A stretch of 64,000 nt of DNA from a virus. Under the pieces are notes generated by a model. That model worked only from the letters and a program-made list of their open reading frames with translations. It did no database searches and was not told where the DNA came from. Both the position numbers and the translations under genes were made by a program. Below are positions 1-9,396 of the stretch, in pieces. The DNA lies in the IMG/VR virus record IMGVR_UViG_3300035698_015907; one strand, given 5' to 3'. Every line of letters begins with the position of its first letter. The stretch's first letter is position 1.

Positions 1-531
1 TCTGTTTTTTGTGATATAACCAGGAAAATTAATTGGCTTATCATAAGTATCCGTATCAACTATAGCAGGCATTAGTCTGAAACTAGGGTCTAAGTTTTCA
101 TAGAAAGGTTGATAGAACAAGCAAGAATATCCCTTTGGGGTAGTGATAGTCCATGGACTATTGAATTTGAAGTATGTCTTCTTTTCGCCTTCTATATGAA
201 CAGGGCACTGTTTATGCGAATGCGTTCCTACCATAGTGGTATCGCTAGTCATATAAGAGATACCAGATTCTTTTTCTGTGTTGTTATTTTTGATCTTCAT
301 GTGAATAGTGCTTTTGATCATATATCCAGATGTTAGATAATCTAATACTGGCACACACGCTTTTATGGTCTTATGGACACCGCTGTTTTCGATCATCGTG
401 TCCAAAGAATCTTTACCTTCGTTCATATATGTTTCCAAATTTTTATACCAATCGGGAATTGATTTCTTAGCAGGAATTATTCTAAAATGATCTAAAACTA
501 CTTTATTATCCGTGCTGAATTTTATTTTCAC
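1..531 (-). CDS. conserved phage hypothetical protein (DUF6065-like), 3' end outside window
   Basis: Not in ORF track. Hand translation from GTG at 531 (GGAG RBS about 539-542) is open to position 1: PAKKSIPDWYK..TIKACVPVLDYLTSGY..KFNSPWTITTPKGYSCLF..PAIVDTD..INFP, a motif set seen in T4-like phage proteins. Confidence 0.65.
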   Translation of the reverse strand, partial: MKIKFSTDNKVVLDHFRIIPAKKSIPDWYKNLETYMNEGKDSLDTMIENSGVHKTIKACVPVLDYLTSGYMIKSTIHMKIKNNNTEKESGISYMTSDTTMVGTHSHKQCPVHIEGEKKTYFKFNSPWTITTPKGYSCLFYQPFYENLDPSFRLMPAIVDTDTYDKPINFPGYITKNR

Positions 532-543
532 AAATATTCTCCA

Positions 544-1965
544 TTAAATGTATTCTTTTATAATTACTATACTTGGACCACCTAATTGTTTACCATTGCT
601 ATTGTTATTGCTACTTCCAGAATTCCCACCCCTGCCACCTTGAGAATATCCTGCAGGAAAATTGTTGCCAGCAATGTTTCCAATAAGTACAGGAGGAATG
701 TCGCCGATAGCTTGTATCCCAGTTAGGCTATTATTAGTACCTCGTTGTTTTTCGTCAGACGCGTTGCCGTTGGAAATAGAAGATTGTCCAAGATTCGTTG
801 AGCCGTTGCCTCCGTTAGAATAATTGGTATTATTATTTTCACGACCAGGGTTAGCTGTAATCAAGGAACCTACAGTAGTTGCTGTTCCAGCATTATTATT
901 AGAATTTCCTTGTGATCCTATAGTAACGCTGATTCCAGCATTTCCAACTTCCGCTTTAGTTCCGGTTGCATGCACTATAGCACCAGCAGATCCCCCATCA
1001 CCAGGAGGATCACCATTATTGCTGCCGCCATTACCATCTGCACCGGCAGCAGCTACGATAAATTCTGTGAATATAGTGTTAGCATTTGGTGTAAAAGTGC
1101 CAGATGATGTAAATGAAGTAATTTTAATGCTGGTAGCTCCACCAGAAGAATCAGTCCAGGCAGGAATTCCAGACGACAACGAAAGAATCTGATCATCAGT
1201 TCCTTTAGCTAATCTAGCTAATGTGTTAGTTCCGGATGCGTAGATAATATCTCCAGCCACCAATGACACGCTTGCAAGACTTTTGAAATATGTATTCAGA
1301 GCAGTTTTGACGTTAGCCCACGATCTTTTGATCAGAGACCCGTCTGAATTTTTTCTTGCAGTTAATAGATCTGCATCAGCAAAAGCAGTATCAGAAACAC
1401 TATTAATTGCAGATGCTATACCATTAGCAGAAACTGGCATCACACCATTGTACACATGGCTCCAGCCTATCCATTCAATTTCTAGACCAGAATCCACATT
1501 AAAACCGAATGTTAACGTAGTTCCTGAAACTGTATAATCATCTTGGAGAACGCCGCCAACATAAACAATTAAATGATCAGCATCTATAGGAGTAAAATTG
1601 AGAGTGTAATCATCGCCATCATCGCCAGTGTCAGTTCCTCTACCGAAAGTAACATCAGTATTAAAATCAACAACAGATGGGATTATGGAAACAATAGTGC
1701 CAGAACCAGAAAGGTTTATTGCAGCATCAGAATTTGTGGATTCTTCTATAGTGGTACGAGCAAGAGTGGTGCCAGAAGTAGCATAGGTTCCTTCACCTAT
1801 CTCCCAATTAGTACCATCTTCAATGAGGTATCTAACTGTGTCTCCATCAGCTACGCCACCACTAGCGAATGTTTGATAACTAGTCTCAGCAGAACCTAGT
1901 GTAAGAGTTCCTGTTCCGCTGGTGGCGGTTGCAACTCTTACACGATTTGCTCTAGTGAATGCCAT
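544..1965 (-). CDS. tail fibre-like virion protein with glycine-rich C-terminal domain
   Basis: N-terminal ANRVRVATATSGTGTLTLG..WEIGEGTY module; GDIIYASG..LARLAKG fibre repeat; FTSSGTFTP + Gly-rich tip ending IVIIKEY. Confidence 0.7.
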   Translation of the reverse strand: MAFTRANRVRVATATSGTGTLTLGSAETSYQTFASGGVADGDTVRYLIEDGTNWEIGEGTYATSGTTLARTTIEESTNSDAAINLSGSGTIVSIIPSVVDFNTDVTFGRGTDTGDDGDDYTLNFTPIDADHLIVYVGGVLQDDYTVSGTTLTFGFNVDSGLEIEWIGWSHVYNGVMPVSANGIASAINSVSDTAFADADLLTARKNSDGSLIKRSWANVKTALNTYFKSLASVSLVAGDIIYASGTNTLARLAKGTDDQILSLSSGIPAWTDSSGGATSIKITSFTSSGTFTPNANTIFTEFIVAAAGADGNGGSNNGDPPGDGGSAGAIVHATGTKAEVGNAGISVTIGSQGNSNNNAGTATTVGSLITANPGRENNNTNYSNGGNGSTNLGQSSISNGNASDEKQRGTNNSLTGIQAIGDIPPVLIGNIAGNNFPAGYSQGGRGGNSGSSNNNSNGKQLGGPSIVIIKEYI

Positions 1966-1983
1966 ATGACATTAGCCTATATT

Positions 1984-2382
1984 TTACGCATTGCCCGCGG
2001 TAACAGTAAATGTCGTAACTGTGAAAGTCTGACCTGCAGTGAACGATACCGAATCAACAACCATGTCGGTACTAGATGTTCCAACTGTTCCTTGGATATG
2101 GCAATTACCGCCTGAATCATGAACTCTGAAATGAGCAGCTGTTCCAGTCGCATCGGCTGAAGTATCAGACCAAGTTCCTGATTTTGCTTTTGAACCGCTT
2201 GATGCAGCAGCTAACCAATCTGATGGAAGTGAAACAGTAGATAATACTGTTCCTGCATTTGCTACTGCGCAGTTAGCTGGCACAGAGCCAGAACGAATTG
2301 TTAGAACTGGAGAAGTACTTATTTCAGACTCGACTGCATCGAGCTTTGCATTCCTCACATCAGTTGAGTACTGTATGGTCAT
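1984..2382 (-). CDS. small virion structural protein
   Basis: RNAKLDA..LTIRSG..TGTAAHFR..IQGTVG motif typical of phage tail-associated small beta proteins; AGGAG RBS. Confidence 0.6.
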   Translation of the reverse strand: MTIQYSTDVRNAKLDAVESEISTSPVLTIRSGSVPANCAVANAGTVLSTVSLPSDWLAAASSGSKAKSGTWSDTSADATGTAAHFRVHDSGGNCHIQGTVGTSSTDMVVDSVSFTAGQTFTVTTFTVTAGNA

Positions 2383-2392
2383 TTATTTCTCC

Positions 2393-2716
2393 TTATCTAG
2401 TCACTGCAGGAACAACATCTATGGTTCCTTGGACTACTTTAAAAACTTCGTTTGAAGAGCTCGTCACTTTAACATCATATACGTATTTACCAGATTCAAT
2501 AATAGCAGTTTGTGCGGCTGGCATTGTTATTGTTACAGTACCATTTGCGGTAACTGCAGTGAATGTATAAGCAACATTAGATGTATGGTTTTCTCTCATA
2601 TGAGAGTTTGATGTAAAACTTGTAAGATCTAATGAATTACCATTCGCAGCTTGCACCGTAAATTCTACTGAAAAATCGGAACCTTGGTCCATGTTGATAT
2701 TTATAGAGGTTGCCAC
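2393..2716 (-). CDS. BppU-like / fibre adaptor structural protein
   Basis: NINMDQGSDF..DLTSFT..GKYVYDVKV..KVVQGTIDVVPAVTR pattern; GTG start with AGGAG RBS. Confidence 0.6.
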   Translation of the reverse strand: MATSININMDQGSDFSVEFTVQAANGNSLDLTSFTSNSHMRENHTSNVAYTFTAVTANGTVTITMPAAQTAIIESGKYVYDVKVTSSSNEVFKVVQGTIDVVPAVTR

Positions 2717-2742
2717 TATTATCTCCTAGGTGCATAACATAC

Positions 2743-3018
2743 CTATTTATCGTCATTGGTATTTTTGATTGTGCGATTTTTAAACCAGATTCCACCAAAT
2801 AAAGTAACACCTACAAACATTATGAATGACATTACCGGTCTGCCTGTTTCAGCAACACACATCGCAAGATCGAAATTTGATGAAAAAAAATCTTGGCCTT
2901 CATACCAAGCTATATCGTGAGCATCACAACAGTGTTTCCAAATACCATCGAACCACATAGTGCAACCATCTAATATAGGTTCATCTACTTGTGCTAATAA
3001 TTCTTTTACATTAGGCAT
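2743..3018 (-). CDS. small phospholipase A2-like protein
   Basis: DGCT..W..CCDAHDIAW motif (CCxxHD His-Asp of the PLA2 fold); hydrophobic C-terminal helix. Confidence 0.45.
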   Translation of the reverse strand: MPNVKELLAQVDEPILDGCTMWFDGIWKHCCDAHDIAWYEGQDFFSSNFDLAMCVAETGRPVMSFIMFVGVTLFGGIWFKNRTIKNTNDDK

Positions 3019-3511
3019 CGTAATCTTTTGCGGTCATCCACATTGTTACTGCATCATTTGCAGATATTCCACTTAATGTTAAAAGTGCTCCTGTCATTGG
3101 ATGTTCCCATTCTATTTGATCTGAAAATTCCCACCACACTTGTGCTTCATCTCGCTCAGTAGAATCTGGTATAGCATCTATAATATTCTGAATAAAACTA
3201 AGTGTATATCCATTTCTTATAAGACCAAGTCTAAGCTGTCTTGATGTTAGAGGGAAATTTGCTGGAATTTCTTCTGACAAATCACGATACGTATATGAGT
3301 ATTGAACATTATTAGATATACGAGCAACAGAAGTTGTATTAACAATTCTTCCATCAGCTACACCCGGATCTACGGGGATATACAAATCTAGCGCTGCCAA
3401 ATTTGTATTTGACCACAAGCTTTCAATATTTTTAGGATAACGAATTCCATCAATAGGCTCGCCATTCCATATTGCGAATGTGTTGTTAGATACTTCTTTA
3501 TATAATGTCAT
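3011..3511 (-). CDS. putative tail fibre assembly/chaperone protein
   Basis: Downstream of fibre genes; TSRQLRLGL..AQVWWEF..HPM motif common in tail-associated chaperones. Confidence 0.5.
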   Translation of the reverse strand: MTLYKEVSNNTFAIWNGEPIDGIRYPKNIESLWSNTNLAALDLYIPVDPGVADGRIVNTTSVARISNNVQYSYTYRDLSEEIPANFPLTSRQLRLGLIRNGYTLSFIQNIIDAIPDSTERDEAQVWWEFSDQIEWEHPMTGALLTLSGISANDAVTMWMTAKDYDA

Positions 3512-3512
3512 T

Positions 3513-4196
3513 TTACTGTCCTATCACAGCTGCAGCTGAAGAATATGTGTGATTGTTTTTATTTAATGATACAGAACCTGGATCTTCTGATGTTGATACA
3601 AATTGTTTATAAAATACTGCTAATGAAGCATTACGTGATGAAGTTATTGATATTTTTGTATATCCCGATGGTGTTCCAAAAGAAATATCATCTTCATGAC
3701 AACTTACTGACACTATACTTAATGATCCATAAGAATCACCCCACGTTGGTGAATATGACGCTTGATTGACAGATGATACTTTTTGGTGATTCGTATTATT
3801 ATATAATGTTGGAATTCCGTCGCTAGAACCTGATATTCTAAGAGCAATTATCGACCAGTCAGTATTGATATTACTGTTTATATTTACAGATGAAGCAAAT
3901 CCTTCTTCTAAAACAAGATAAAAACATCTATGTGCATGAAGTTCATCAGAATGTGAATTATCAGTCATATAAAATAATGAATTCCATCCAGCTTCACTAG
4001 ATATTGACACAGCGCCGTTGCCAGTTGCAATACAAACATAGATTATAATAAGATCACCAGCAACCGCGCCAGATGGCATATCTATTGAATCATTATTAGC
4101 ATTACTTCTATTAGAAGTACTATATGATTCGACTGTAGGAGAATCACCAGCTTCTTTTTTAAATAGACCTGATATTCCTGTTAATCCTGGAAGCAT
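3513..4196 (-). CDS. tail fibre-associated (receptor-binding) protein
   Basis: Coupled to upstream fibre gene; MPSGAVAGDLIII, TPSGYT motifs of beta-sandwich fibre-tip domains. Confidence 0.5.
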   Translation of the reverse strand: MLPGLTGISGLFKKEAGDSPTVESYSTSNRSNANNDSIDMPSGAVAGDLIIIYVCIATGNGAVSISSEAGWNSLFYMTDNSHSDELHAHRCFYLVLEEGFASSVNINSNINTDWSIIALRISGSSDGIPTLYNNTNHQKVSSVNQASYSPTWGDSYGSLSIVSVSCHEDDISFGTPSGYTKISITSSRNASLAVFYKQFVSTSEDPGSVSLNKNNHTYSSAAAVIGQ

Positions 4197-4198
4197 AA

Positions 4199-5905
4199 TT
4201 ATCCTATTGCTTTGCTTAGCGCTGCAAATACAGTATTGGCTGCAATTACTTGATAGAAAAGTATATCATTAGTACTTGAAGCGGTTGATAATAATGGTGT
4301 AATTCCATTAACAAATTTCCAATCTGAGTGGTATGCTAAAGTTCTACTTCCTACACCATCTTGAATTATTCTAATGAAACCTGCTTGTCCAACCTTCAAA
4401 CTTGTTGGCTCACCAAGAGTTCTGTTTCCTTCAAGTGTTAGCTTTCCATTTATGAATGAACTGAGATTTGCTGTAACTGTGGCAGCATCTGTTAGTGTTA
4501 CTTCAGTAATATCATTCCATACTGCTGAAGTAGTTACAGTTTTATTAGAATTTGCTGTCCTCAAATCGCCAGTAGCCATTCTAGAAGCAGCAAAACTGAC
4601 TACTCCAACAGCTAATGCGCCATCTGATCCAGTTATAATTTCTGTGTTAGTGCTAAAACGAGACGTACCAACAGCAGTAGTATTAGCTGCTGTAACTTGA
4701 GAACCAGTTATGCTTGTGATACTAGAACCGTTTCCTGATATAACACCAGAAGTAACAGTTAGATTATTTGCAATAGTTGCATTAGCATCTACTGTGAAAT
4801 TTGCATTAACAGTTGTATTACTTTTTGCTAAGAATAAAGCATTCGCAGTGATACCATTTGCAGAAATTATTAGTACGTCAGAAGCAGCATTAGAAGTATT
4901 TGCTGTTGACTTAAGTACTATTGAAGAACCGTGTCCTGTATTAGACCAATTCTGTGTAGCTCTAAATTCAATACTTACATCATCGACATTACTATATGTA
5001 TTTCCATCATAGCCTCGACCTGCAAACTTTGTTATAACATCGCCAGCTTGTAGAGTAGTCTTAGATGAATTAATACCATCTGATCTACGACCGATTATAC
5101 CTGAAGTATTTCCAAATGATGTTATATCAATGTATGTCGCAACACCATCAACTTGCGAAACTTTAAGTATTGTTCCAGCAGGAGATGTTGGTATAGAACC
5201 ACCATTTTTATTGATGATAACATTACCAGTAATTGTATCACCAGTTTTAGATACTTTTTCATCATCTAATTCTTCTAATGTAGTTTGAACATCAGTATTT
5301 GATAAATTACCAGCTGGTGTGAATGGTATAGATGCGGCCGCAAAAGTTCCACCAAATGAAACTATCGATTCCCATGCGCTATTAGCATATACTTCAAGAG
5401 TATTTGTTTCTTCATTGAATCTCATCAAACCATTTGCAACACCACTTGGTCTCTGACCCGTATTGCCTACTGGAAGTTTGAGAGATACACCATTGAAAAC
5501 TATATTAGCAGTAACGGTTGCAGTATTTCCTCCAACCGTTGTTAATATAGATGTTCCATCATTGCTTACTTTTAAACCTGTTACGGTAGAATTACCAACT
5601 GTAACATTTGCAGAATTTATATAAACATTCGATGAAACGTTAATCTGTGCACCGTTAGCTACAACATTTGATAATAGAGTAATATGTGCAGCCGTAGCTA
5701 CGGTTCCGCCTCTAATATTTGTAGCAACAACAGTAGTAGCACCGAAAATGCCATTTACAAAGCCATTTCCGGTTGTAATATCACCAGTTGTATTTGATGC
5801 TACTGTTGTGGTAACGAGGAAAGCATTAGCCATCTCATTAACGATGGTAAACACATCATCAAAATTATCATTAGACGTTTCTACCGCTGAGATGGTTTTA
5901 GCCAC
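4199..5905 (-). CDS. tail fibre protein
   Basis: Asn/Thr/Gly-rich; LPVGNTGQRP..GLMRFNEE..LEVY repeat; KTGDTITG repeat; C-terminal TLEGNRTL..IIQDGVGSRTLAY..WKF..LSTA adaptor domain. Confidence 0.75.
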   Translation of the reverse strand: MAKTISAVETSNDNFDDVFTIVNEMANAFLVTTTVASNTTGDITTGNGFVNGIFGATTVVATNIRGGTVATAAHITLLSNVVANGAQINVSSNVYINSANVTVGNSTVTGLKVSNDGTSILTTVGGNTATVTANIVFNGVSLKLPVGNTGQRPSGVANGLMRFNEETNTLEVYANSAWESIVSFGGTFAAASIPFTPAGNLSNTDVQTTLEELDDEKVSKTGDTITGNVIINKNGGSIPTSPAGTILKVSQVDGVATYIDITSFGNTSGIIGRRSDGINSSKTTLQAGDVITKFAGRGYDGNTYSNVDDVSIEFRATQNWSNTGHGSSIVLKSTANTSNAASDVLIISANGITANALFLAKSNTTVNANFTVDANATIANNLTVTSGVISGNGSSITSITGSQVTAANTTAVGTSRFSTNTEIITGSDGALAVGVVSFAASRMATGDLRTANSNKTVTTSAVWNDITEVTLTDAATVTANLSSFINGKLTLEGNRTLGEPTSLKVGQAGFIRIIQDGVGSRTLAYHSDWKFVNGITPLLSTASSTNDILFYQVIAANTVFAALSKAIG

Positions 5906-6104
5906 TCTGACCCCCTGTTATGAGCTGCTTCAAAAAATTAATTTCATCATGCAGCTTTTCATATTTTTTCTCAGTCTCTTCTGATTTCTTATATGCAGAG
6001 ACTTGAACTCTATAACTTCTCAGTTCAGATTCATTTGTATTTATCACCATGCCAGTTCTAGAATCAACAACATATCCTTGTTGATTCGTTTTCATCAGAC
6101 TCAT
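5898..6104 (-). CDS. small conserved virion-associated protein
   Basis: GYVVDSRTGMVINTN + coiled coil; typical small gene following VrlC-like genes. Confidence 0.55.
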   Translation of the reverse strand: MSLMKTNQQGYVVDSRTGMVINTNESELRSYRVQVSAYKKSEETEKKYEKLHDEINFLKQLITGGQSG

Positions 6105-8872
6105 TAAGCTGTTACTCCAACAGCTCTAATGTTTTCAACTCGTGGAATAGTAAATTCACTATTAGATAGAAATACTAGTTTGACTGCGAAAGTATTATAG
6201 CCATCATATTCAGCCATAGAATCAGCATAATATCTTGCAACATTATCATTCTGCGGATTATTAAATATTTGATGCTTATAACCAAGAAGATCAACAGCCA
6301 TACCAGTTCCTACCATAGAACTGTTTGCAATGTTATTCTTTATAGTAAATTGAGTATTTGATACAATAGAATCTACTACATCAATATGATAATTATTAGG
6401 GAATAGTGGAGAATAAACTTTAACAAGATCACCAACACTTAATTCGCTATTATATAGAGTATTTGAACCATCAACATTTGGTGATGCTAGTTCAGTTGTA
6501 GATGAACCTGTAACTGTTAAGCTCGAATTTGGATATGATGGGAAACCGTATTCATATTCTACAACATCCAACTGATTAGCAGGTAAAGAGAAATGGTTAT
6601 TGCCATTCTTCATTTCTAGCAAAGTCCAATCTTTATCTACAAAAGCTTCTAAGTCTTTATCATTTCGACCCCTAACATAAACTTTAACATCAGTTCCTAT
6701 TGGCCTATATGCATCAATGAATACTCTTATATCTTCAGCAGTTCTATTATCACCGAAGTTTACAATTTTAGAAATATGCTTAGAAAGAGCTTTACCATTT
6801 CCAGTGTGTTCGTCAGTATAGTCATTGTTTATTGAGAACTTCTCATAAAACACATCAATTTCAGATGAAATAATATCAGTTACTACGAAATCATTATTTG
6901 AAGTTGTAACCATTTCAATTACTGATGATACATTAGTGTTAACACTTGTACCTGTTACAGAATTTAATGTTGTATTTGCTTGTGTAACTTCATATGATCT
7001 TGAAAGAATGATAGGTGTATTAGCAACCTGAAGTTGATGTCTATCTAGAAGATTAATTAATTTAGTGTACTTGCTGCTATTAACATCATTTCTTATAACA
7101 CCAACAACAGCACTTAAAGATCCACCAGTACCACCAGAAGTAGTAATACCAACAGCTGTACCATCAGTATATCCACTTCCACTTGTTACCATATTAATAT
7201 CTACTATTTTTCCAGCAGAATCAGTAACTATACGACCCGCAGCTCCAGAACCAGTACCAGTGAATGTTACTGCATCATTATTAGCATAACCAGTTCCACC
7301 TAGAATAATTCCTACGTCCGCTACACCATCATCTGTAGAATAATACATGTAATGCATCTTCATATAGTAGCTTGTACCATATGGATTCTCAAGATCGATA
7401 GCCCCTGCGAACATCGAATTTACAGGAATGTTTATAATTTCTGTATTAGATAGAACTGCATTAGAATGTTCAGTGCGCAATGTAGCTCCTACTGAAGGAG
7501 TTAGATTAGCATTAGCGCCAGCAGAAGATACTGCATTAGCATTCAATATTATGAAATCAGGTATATCGGTATATCCTATTCCCATGTTGCTAAGAGTATA
7601 AGTCAGTATTGTTCCATTAGCATCTGTTATAACGTTAGCGGTAGCATTAATTTCTGGTGCTCCAACTCCGTTATTAGCAAATACTATATAATCAGAATTT
7701 GCATAACCAGTTCCGCCATCATTTATTGTTACAGACTCAATCATGTTATTAACAAAACGAAGACTTGAGTTTGCATTGGAATGTGATATTGCTATAGCAT
7801 CTTCTAACTTACCAAAAGCTGCAATCTTAGCAGACATATCGATTTTACCAACGGCTACTTTAGAGAATGTAGCAGCAGCATTAGTAAATGTTAGAGGTAT
7901 ATCAACAGTTATTGAATTGTTTGAATCTATAGACTCAACTTTTCTTAGATTTTTATTGATGCCAGAATACACAACTATGTATCTATCATTAGATGGATTA
8001 CCTAATATAGTAGTAAAATTAGCATTTGTTGATGTTATTTGTGTTAAGCCTGTAGCAACACTTACTGTTTCAGAACGCAACACATTATTCTGATAAATTA
8101 ATTCTCCACCTTTGAGTGAATTAGAATTATTAGAATTTAAGGCATTAAATACAGCAAATTCATAAGGCTTCTTATACAAGAAATAAGAACGTTTTGCTAC
8201 AACTTGTGTTATAGTATCGCCAGTCAAAGGATCAACTGTTGATGTATTAGCATATACATCAGGAGTATATTTTGCACAATAAATTTTAAATTTCAAATCT
8301 GTAGTATTAAGAGGTTTCCAATTACCTATAACACCATCAGCATTAGTTGAAGTGGAATTGTTATTTCCCTGATTGCTGTTAACATGTGAATATTCAAAAT
8401 ACTTACCAACATATTTTCCAGAAGGACCAGCTGTAGTATTATTAGTACCTACAACAAGATCACCTTCTACAGCTTTCCATAAATCGTATGCTGCTTCACC
8501 ATCATACTTAACAATTATAGCATAGCCTTTTCCTGTTTTTACGTTAGCAGGATACGCTATATTGAAGCTTGTAGCTGTGGTAGCATCATTAGAAGTCGTA
8601 ATGTCATCCCATGTTTTTCTGATATGGGCATTTTTTATCATTCTAGTAATATCAGGAACTTCTTCAAAACCTATTGTTTTGAGTTCACATAAAAACACAT
8701 CAACACCAGGCTTATAAATTCCTGAGCTGTTATTATTTGCTTCTGGCTTGTCTTTGAAGTATAAATCTATTTTTGTAATAGAAACTTCAGGAGCATTTTT
8801 AACTGTACCAGGATCAACATAAAATGTAGAAGCACAGTTGAATGCTGGAATTGGATTGATCGTTGTTGTCAT
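6104..8872 (-). CDS. VrlC/DUF4815-like baseplate-associated protein, C-terminal part
   Basis: ASTF..ITKIDLYFKDKP, DLKFKIYCAKY, GGTGY repeats, KHISKIV..AEDIRVFIDAYRP, FAVKLVF..PRVENIRAV; likely start ATG 8872 (track starts 8917). Confidence 0.75.
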   Translation of the reverse strand: MTTTINPIPAFNCASTFYVDPGTVKNAPEVSITKIDLYFKDKPEANNNSSGIYKPGVDVFLCELKTIGFEEVPDITRMIKNAHIRKTWDDITTSNDATTATSFNIAYPANVKTGKGYAIIVKYDGEAAYDLWKAVEGDLVVGTNNTTAGPSGKYVGKYFEYSHVNSNQGNNNSTSTNADGVIGNWKPLNTTDLKFKIYCAKYTPDVYANTSTVDPLTGDTITQVVAKRSYFLYKKPYEFAVFNALNSNNSNSLKGGELIYQNNVLRSETVSVATGLTQITSTNANFTTILGNPSNDRYIVVYSGINKNLRKVESIDSNNSITVDIPLTFTNAAATFSKVAVGKIDMSAKIAAFGKLEDAIAISHSNANSSLRFVNNMIESVTINDGGTGYANSDYIVFANNGVGAPEINATANVITDANGTILTYTLSNMGIGYTDIPDFIILNANAVSSAGANANLTPSVGATLRTEHSNAVLSNTEIINIPVNSMFAGAIDLENPYGTSYYMKMHYMYYSTDDGVADVGIILGGTGYANNDAVTFTGTGSGAAGRIVTDSAGKIVDINMVTSGSGYTDGTAVGITTSGGTGGSLSAVVGVIRNDVNSSKYTKLINLLDRHQLQVANTPIILSRSYEVTQANTTLNSVTGTSVNTNVSSVIEMVTTSNNDFVVTDIISSEIDVFYEKFSINNDYTDEHTGNGKALSKHISKIVNFGDNRTAEDIRVFIDAYRPIGTDVKVYVRGRNDKDLEAFVDKDWTLLEMKNGNNHFSLPANQLDVVEYEYGFPSYPNSSLTVTGSSTTELASPNVDGSNTLYNSELSVGDLVKVYSPLFPNNYHIDVVDSIVSNTQFTIKNNIANSSMVGTGMAVDLLGYKHQIFNNPQNDNVARYYADSMAEYDGYNTFAVKLVFLSNSEFTIPRVENIRAVGVTA

Positions 8873-8874
8873 CT

Positions 8875-9396
8875 TTAGGTTGCAGTTCCCTTGGATTCTA
8901 TATAATTCTGAGCCCATGAAGTTCCATCAGCAGATGATACTTTAAATAATTGCGGGCCTACTGGTATTATAGCTATATTCTTATTTATGCCAGTTGCAAA
9001 GCGTGTTTCATATGGAGAATTATCAGGTTTAAAATGATAATGAAATACCATAGTGCCTTGAGAATTTGTTATAAGAGGATCGCCATATGTGTGCGTTGCA
9101 TTGTATGTTCCATTTGAAACCAAAGGAGCACAATCTTCATTTACATCAGTAGTAAGCAAAAACGCAGAATGCTGAGTATTAGGTTTTAATCCCCAGCATG
9201 TTACAGTAAATACATAATCAGAAACACCTATTGCTGTTTCAGGTTCTTTTGGATTCTTCTTGCTAGAACTGCTACTTTTAGAAGGTTCATTACTTAAAAC
9301 TCTGTTGTAGATATCGCCGTCATAGCGACCAACATAATTGTAATGCTGCCAATTATCTGGATATGCAGCACTATAAGGAGCGGTTGTTGTAGCCAT
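8875..9396 (-). CDS. VrlC/DUF4815-like protein, middle fragment
   Basis: GLKPNTQH..LITNSQG..FKV motif resembles the internal region of DUF4815 giants; lies between two VrlC-like ORFs. Confidence 0.55.
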   Translation of the reverse strand: MATTTAPYSAAYPDNWQHYNYVGRYDGDIYNRVLSNEPSKSSSSSKKNPKEPETAIGVSDYVFTVTCWGLKPNTQHSAFLLTTDVNEDCAPLVSNGTYNATHTYGDPLITNSQGTMVFHYHFKPDNSPYETRFATGINKNIAIIPVGPQLFKVSSADGTSWAQNYIESKGTAT

